A stretch of DNA of 47,960 nt from a bacterium (GTDB lineage Bacteria; Patescibacteriota; Patescibacteriia; Buchananbacterales; GWA2-38-13): assembly GCA_030648715.1 (NCBI GenBank), contig JAUSGZ010000045.1, forward strand, positions 1 to 47,960, given 5' to 3'. Position 1 is the stretch's first letter, and each line of letters begins with the position of its first letter. Positions 45,044 through 47,960 of this stretch are shown here, piece after piece. The translations under genes were made by a program, and so were the position numbers. The notes beneath the pieces are model-generated. The model saw only the letters and a list, made by a program, of their open reading frames with translations. It was not told the origin of the DNA and ran no database searches.

Positions 45044-45442
45044 TTACTTCAACGTCACCTTGGCGCCGGCCGTTTCCAGGTCCTTTTTCATCTTCTCCGC
45101 CTCTTCCTTTTTGACGGCCTCCTTCACGACCTTCGGCGCGGCGTCCACCAAGTCCTTGGCTTCCTTCAAACCCAGCTGGGTGAGGGCGCGCACGGCCTTG
45201 ATGACGGCGATCTTGTTGTCGCCCGAGGAGGTCAGCTCCACAGTGAACTCCGACTTCTCTTCGACCGGCGCGGCAGCGGCCGCCGGGCCCGCCATCATCG
45301 CCATCGGAGCGGCGGCGGAAACGCCGAACTTCTCCTCCAGCACTTTGACCAGCTCGGCCAGGTCCAGCACGGAGAGCTTTTCGATCTGCTCCACCAGGCC
45401 CTTGAACTTCGCCGGTACTTCCACTTTCTTGTCATCGGACAT
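45044..45442 (-). CDS. rplL: 50S ribosomal protein L7/L12
   Basis: [38 protein letters not shown]. Confidence 0.98.
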   Translation of the reverse strand: MSDDKKVEVPAKFKGLVEQIEKLSVLDLAELVKVLEEKFGVSAAAPMAMMAGPAAAAAPVEEKSEFTVELTSSGDNKIAVIKAVRALTQLGLKEAKDLVDAAPKVVKEAVKKEEAEKMKKDLETAGAKVTLK

Positions 45443-45545
45443 AGAGTTTGGGTTAGTTTGTAGGAATTAAATTGTCCCGCCCTGCGGGATCCCGCCAACC
45501 TTTTTAAATTATTAGGTGGCGGTGATAGCTTATAGGACGGCCTGG

Positions 45546-46070
45546 CTATGCCGGCTTTTTTTCGCTCAATGCTTTCAGGACCTGGACCAAACCGCGCAGG
45601 TTGCCGGCAAGCACATTGACCATGCCCGACAGTGGCGCACGCACGGAACCGACCACCTTGGCGATGAGCTCCAGCTTGGACGGCAGCGCGGACAGCTCTC
45701 GCACCTTCGCACCGTCCACGTAACGGCGCTCCAGGAGCCCGCCGAACGGCTTGACCGCCGGATGGTCCTTGGAAAACTGCACGACGACCCGCGACGGCGC
45801 GACCTCGTCCTCGTACCCGAAGATGGTCGCGACCTCGGCCGGGAATTGTTCCGGGTCCACGTCCAGCTTGGCGTCGGTGAAGGCCTTCCGCATCAACGTC
45901 TTTTTAGCCACCAAGTACTCGCCGCCAGCCTCGCGGCACAGCTTGCGCAGCTGCGTCACGTCCTTGACCGTCAACCCGGCGAAATTCGCAAAGACCACGG
46001 CTTTGGAGCGTTCCATTTTCTCCTTGATGCTGGCGACCTCCTGGACTTTCTGCTGCTTGGATTTTGGCAT
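45546..46070 (-). CDS. rplJ: 50S ribosomal protein L10
   Basis: GLTVKDVTQLRK, VAKKTL, LSALPSKLEL; upstream of rplL. Confidence 0.97.
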   Translation of the reverse strand: MPKSKQQKVQEVASIKEKMERSKAVVFANFAGLTVKDVTQLRKLCREAGGEYLVAKKTLMRKAFTDAKLDVDPEQFPAEVATIFGYEDEVAPSRVVVQFSKDHPAVKPFGGLLERRYVDGAKVRELSALPSKLELIAKVVGSVRAPLSGMVNVLAGNLRGLVQVLKALSEKKPA

Positions 46071-46081
46071 AGGTTACAAAA

Positions 46082-46180
46082 AAAATCTGCGGCGTTCCCG
46101 CAGACGAAAACCACGAATGGTTCCCTCGGCCGGCCCGGGTTGCCCCGATTTACGCCCTGCGGCGCCGACGGTCTTTGGAA
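46082..46180 (-). promoter_or_regulatory. L10 leader (ribosomal protein autoregulatory RNA)
   Basis: Minus strand AAAGACCGTCGG...TAAAT...CCGGCCGAGG followed by tctgcgg/ccgcaga-U hairpin before rplJ. Confidence 0.75.
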
Positions 46181-46355
46181 ACTGTGCAGTTACTCTACTC
46201 GCGATGTCTTCTTCCGTCAAGTGGTGAGTGCAAAAAAAGAACAGCAAAAATTATTGACATTTTAGAAAAAATATGACATACTATGTAACTTGCATTTTCA
46301 TCCACAGTGGTTGAAAAGCGGCAAGAGTTTGCACCCTACAATTTAGGAGGCTTAA

Positions 46356-47486
46356 TTGCCAGACTTCCGCGATCTCCCGATACCCATGACCATCCTCCCC
46401 TGGACCAAACGGGAAGGTGGCGATGACGCCGGCTACCGCCAGGTGGCCGTCGCCGAAGGGGCCGATGATGCACCTGATGAGCTCATGGTACTGAACCCGC
46501 CGCACTGCTCGCCCATCGCCTGCTACCCGGTCTACGCTCACGGCGCGCGACCGAAGGTCTGCCCAGACTACGGCGCCGGTCTTTCTGCCGCCGCGCGAGT
46601 GCTCGTCCGCCAGCCGGTGTTTAACGCGCTGCATGACGCAAACTACGTCCTGCGCCCTGCCGGCCGCCAGTTGCTCGTCCTCGATGGGTTCCGCCCCGCG
46701 ACGGTCCAAGCAGCGCTGTTTTCCTACCTCTTCCGCCGCCTCTCGGGCGGGACGCCCCCGGATGCCCTGCCGCCGGCCGAGTTCATGACGATAGGTCTGC
46801 GCGCCGACGACGTCGGCTCCTTCGCGGCGGTGATCCCCAACGAGCAGTTCCAGGCAACCTTGGCGGCACTGCCTGTCTGGATACAGGAAGCGCTCGCGGC
46901 GACCAACATTCCGAAGGCCGCCGAACTCTGGCTGACCTTCCGTCACAACCTCGGACACCAGAGCGAGCTGCAGCTGGACACCAGCGCCCCGACGGCGCAT
47001 GGCAGCGGCGGCGCGGTGGACGCCATCCTGGTCGATACCGTGTCCGGCGAACCGACCCTGCTGGGCGTGCCGTTCGACTACGCCCGGCCGGCCAGCGACT
47101 CCCATCCGTACGGCCCGGCCGCGATGCGGTACTTCGAGGACGAGGCCAATCTCGGCCACTACCGCGACCTCGTCGGTCACGACCCGAGGCTTCGGTCTTT
47201 CCTCGCCGAATTCGGGGTACAGAAAGTGACCCATGACCTCTTCGGCACCATCCGGGACGAGCGCCGCCTGTTCTACCACAGTATGGCGCGAGTGGGATTC
47301 TCCCACTTCGTCCTGGAGTGCTGGCACTGGAATGCCGGCAACGAGCGTAGCGGCAATCAGTTCCGCGACTTCCCCTACGCGGGCAATACCTGCCATTCGC
47401 TTCTGCGCAACGTCTGCGCCGCCGATGGTAAGCCGCGCACCGTCTGGAGCAACGCCTCCGCCCACCGTCTCGCGGCTCTCATGTAG
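46356..47486 (+). CDS. VanX/DdpX-like D-Ala-D-Ala dipeptidase (M15 family), extended
   Basis: AGGAGG SD + TTG; LLVLDGFRP, AHGSGGAVD, ECWHWN motifs. Confidence 0.8.
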   Translation: MPDFRDLPIPMTILPWTKREGGDDAGYRQVAVAEGADDAPDELMVLNPPHCSPIACYPVYAHGARPKVCPDYGAGLSAAARVLVRQPVFNALHDANYVLRPAGRQLLVLDGFRPATVQAALFSYLFRRLSGGTPPDALPPAEFMTIGLRADDVGSFAAVIPNEQFQATLAALPVWIQEALAATNIPKAAELWLTFRHNLGHQSELQLDTSAPTAHGSGGAVDAILVDTVSGEPTLLGVPFDYARPASDSHPYGPAAMRYFEDEANLGHYRDLVGHDPRLRSFLAEFGVQKVTHDLFGTIRDERRLFYHSMARVGFSHFVLECWHWNAGNERSGNQFRDFPYAGNTCHSLLRNVCAADGKPRTVWSNASAHRLAALM

Positions 47487-47647
47487 CATTCCGCACTGAT
47501 GTGCTGCCAACAAGCCGCTCCCACATGCGCCGTACCATACCCATGGTGCGGCGCTCTTTTTTTTACTTGACCACACCGACACCGAGGTGTAGCGTGGCAC
47601 GTATTCCGTCTACAAACCAACGCCCTTTCCCAGGAGGAGGCACTAAC

Positions 47648-47944
47648 ATGGTTCCAGAGGCCGATGCCGCGACCATCGCCACCGTACTCGGCATTACTAA
47701 CGTCATGGCGGAGCTCCAGGAGTTCCCCATCAGTGTTGCCGGTGCCGTCAACTCATTCCTGGTCCGCCGTTTTTACGACCGACGCCAGATCATCTACCTG
47801 ATGCGCTGGCATCCCGATGAGGAGCAGTGGACCGCCAACGAACTCATGTGGGGCGAGCCCGGCCAGCATTTAGCCATCAGCGACGCCGCGGTCGACCGCG
47901 GTACCATCCGCCTCAACTTCGTCACCTGGACGAAGGACGAGTAG
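47648..47944 (+). CDS. Hypothetical protein
   Basis: TTGACC-17-TAGCGT promoter, GGAGGAGG SD, 98 aa. Confidence 0.6.
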   Translation: MVPEADAATIATVLGITNVMAELQEFPISVAGAVNSFLVRRFYDRRQIIYLMRWHPDEEQWTANELMWGEPGQHLAISDAAVDRGTIRLNFVTWTKDE

Positions 47945-47960
47945 CGGCCTCTCTGTCCTT

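Overview
GC-rich bacterial chromosomal window. Gene content (VirB2/TrbC-like pilin, sortase with an LPXTG substrate, shortened TsaB-like protein, compact mraZ-rsmH-ftsL-ftsI-murF cluster, many apparently leaderless genes) suggests a Patescibacteria/CPR (Parcubacteria-like) genome; this is inference, not a database result. Housekeeping genes: dnaX, cysS, metK (behind a SAM-I riboswitch), xseA/xseB, the dcw genes, rplJ/rplL (with L10 leader) and tRNA-Gln(CTG). Accessory genes include an ECF-sigma/MacAB-like/amidase block, a sugar epimerase, a dockerin-like secreted protein and a VanX-like peptidase. The most notable signals are: (1) a GIY-YIG nuclease gene enclosed by an inverted pair of CGTC-type palindromic repeats, with two 'empty' repeat doublets elsewhere in the window; (2) a frameshifted second GIY-YIG gene, a tRNA-Gln inside an extended inverted repeat, and a tandem tRNA-Gln relic disrupted by palindromic inserts that also appear in the SAM riboswitch; (3) an HRDC-fused exonuclease VII large subunit in an operon with two HExxH metalloproteases; (4) several promoter-to-terminator units with no convincing ORF, two of which resemble each other. 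No CRISPR array, rRNA, integrase or classical transposase was seen.
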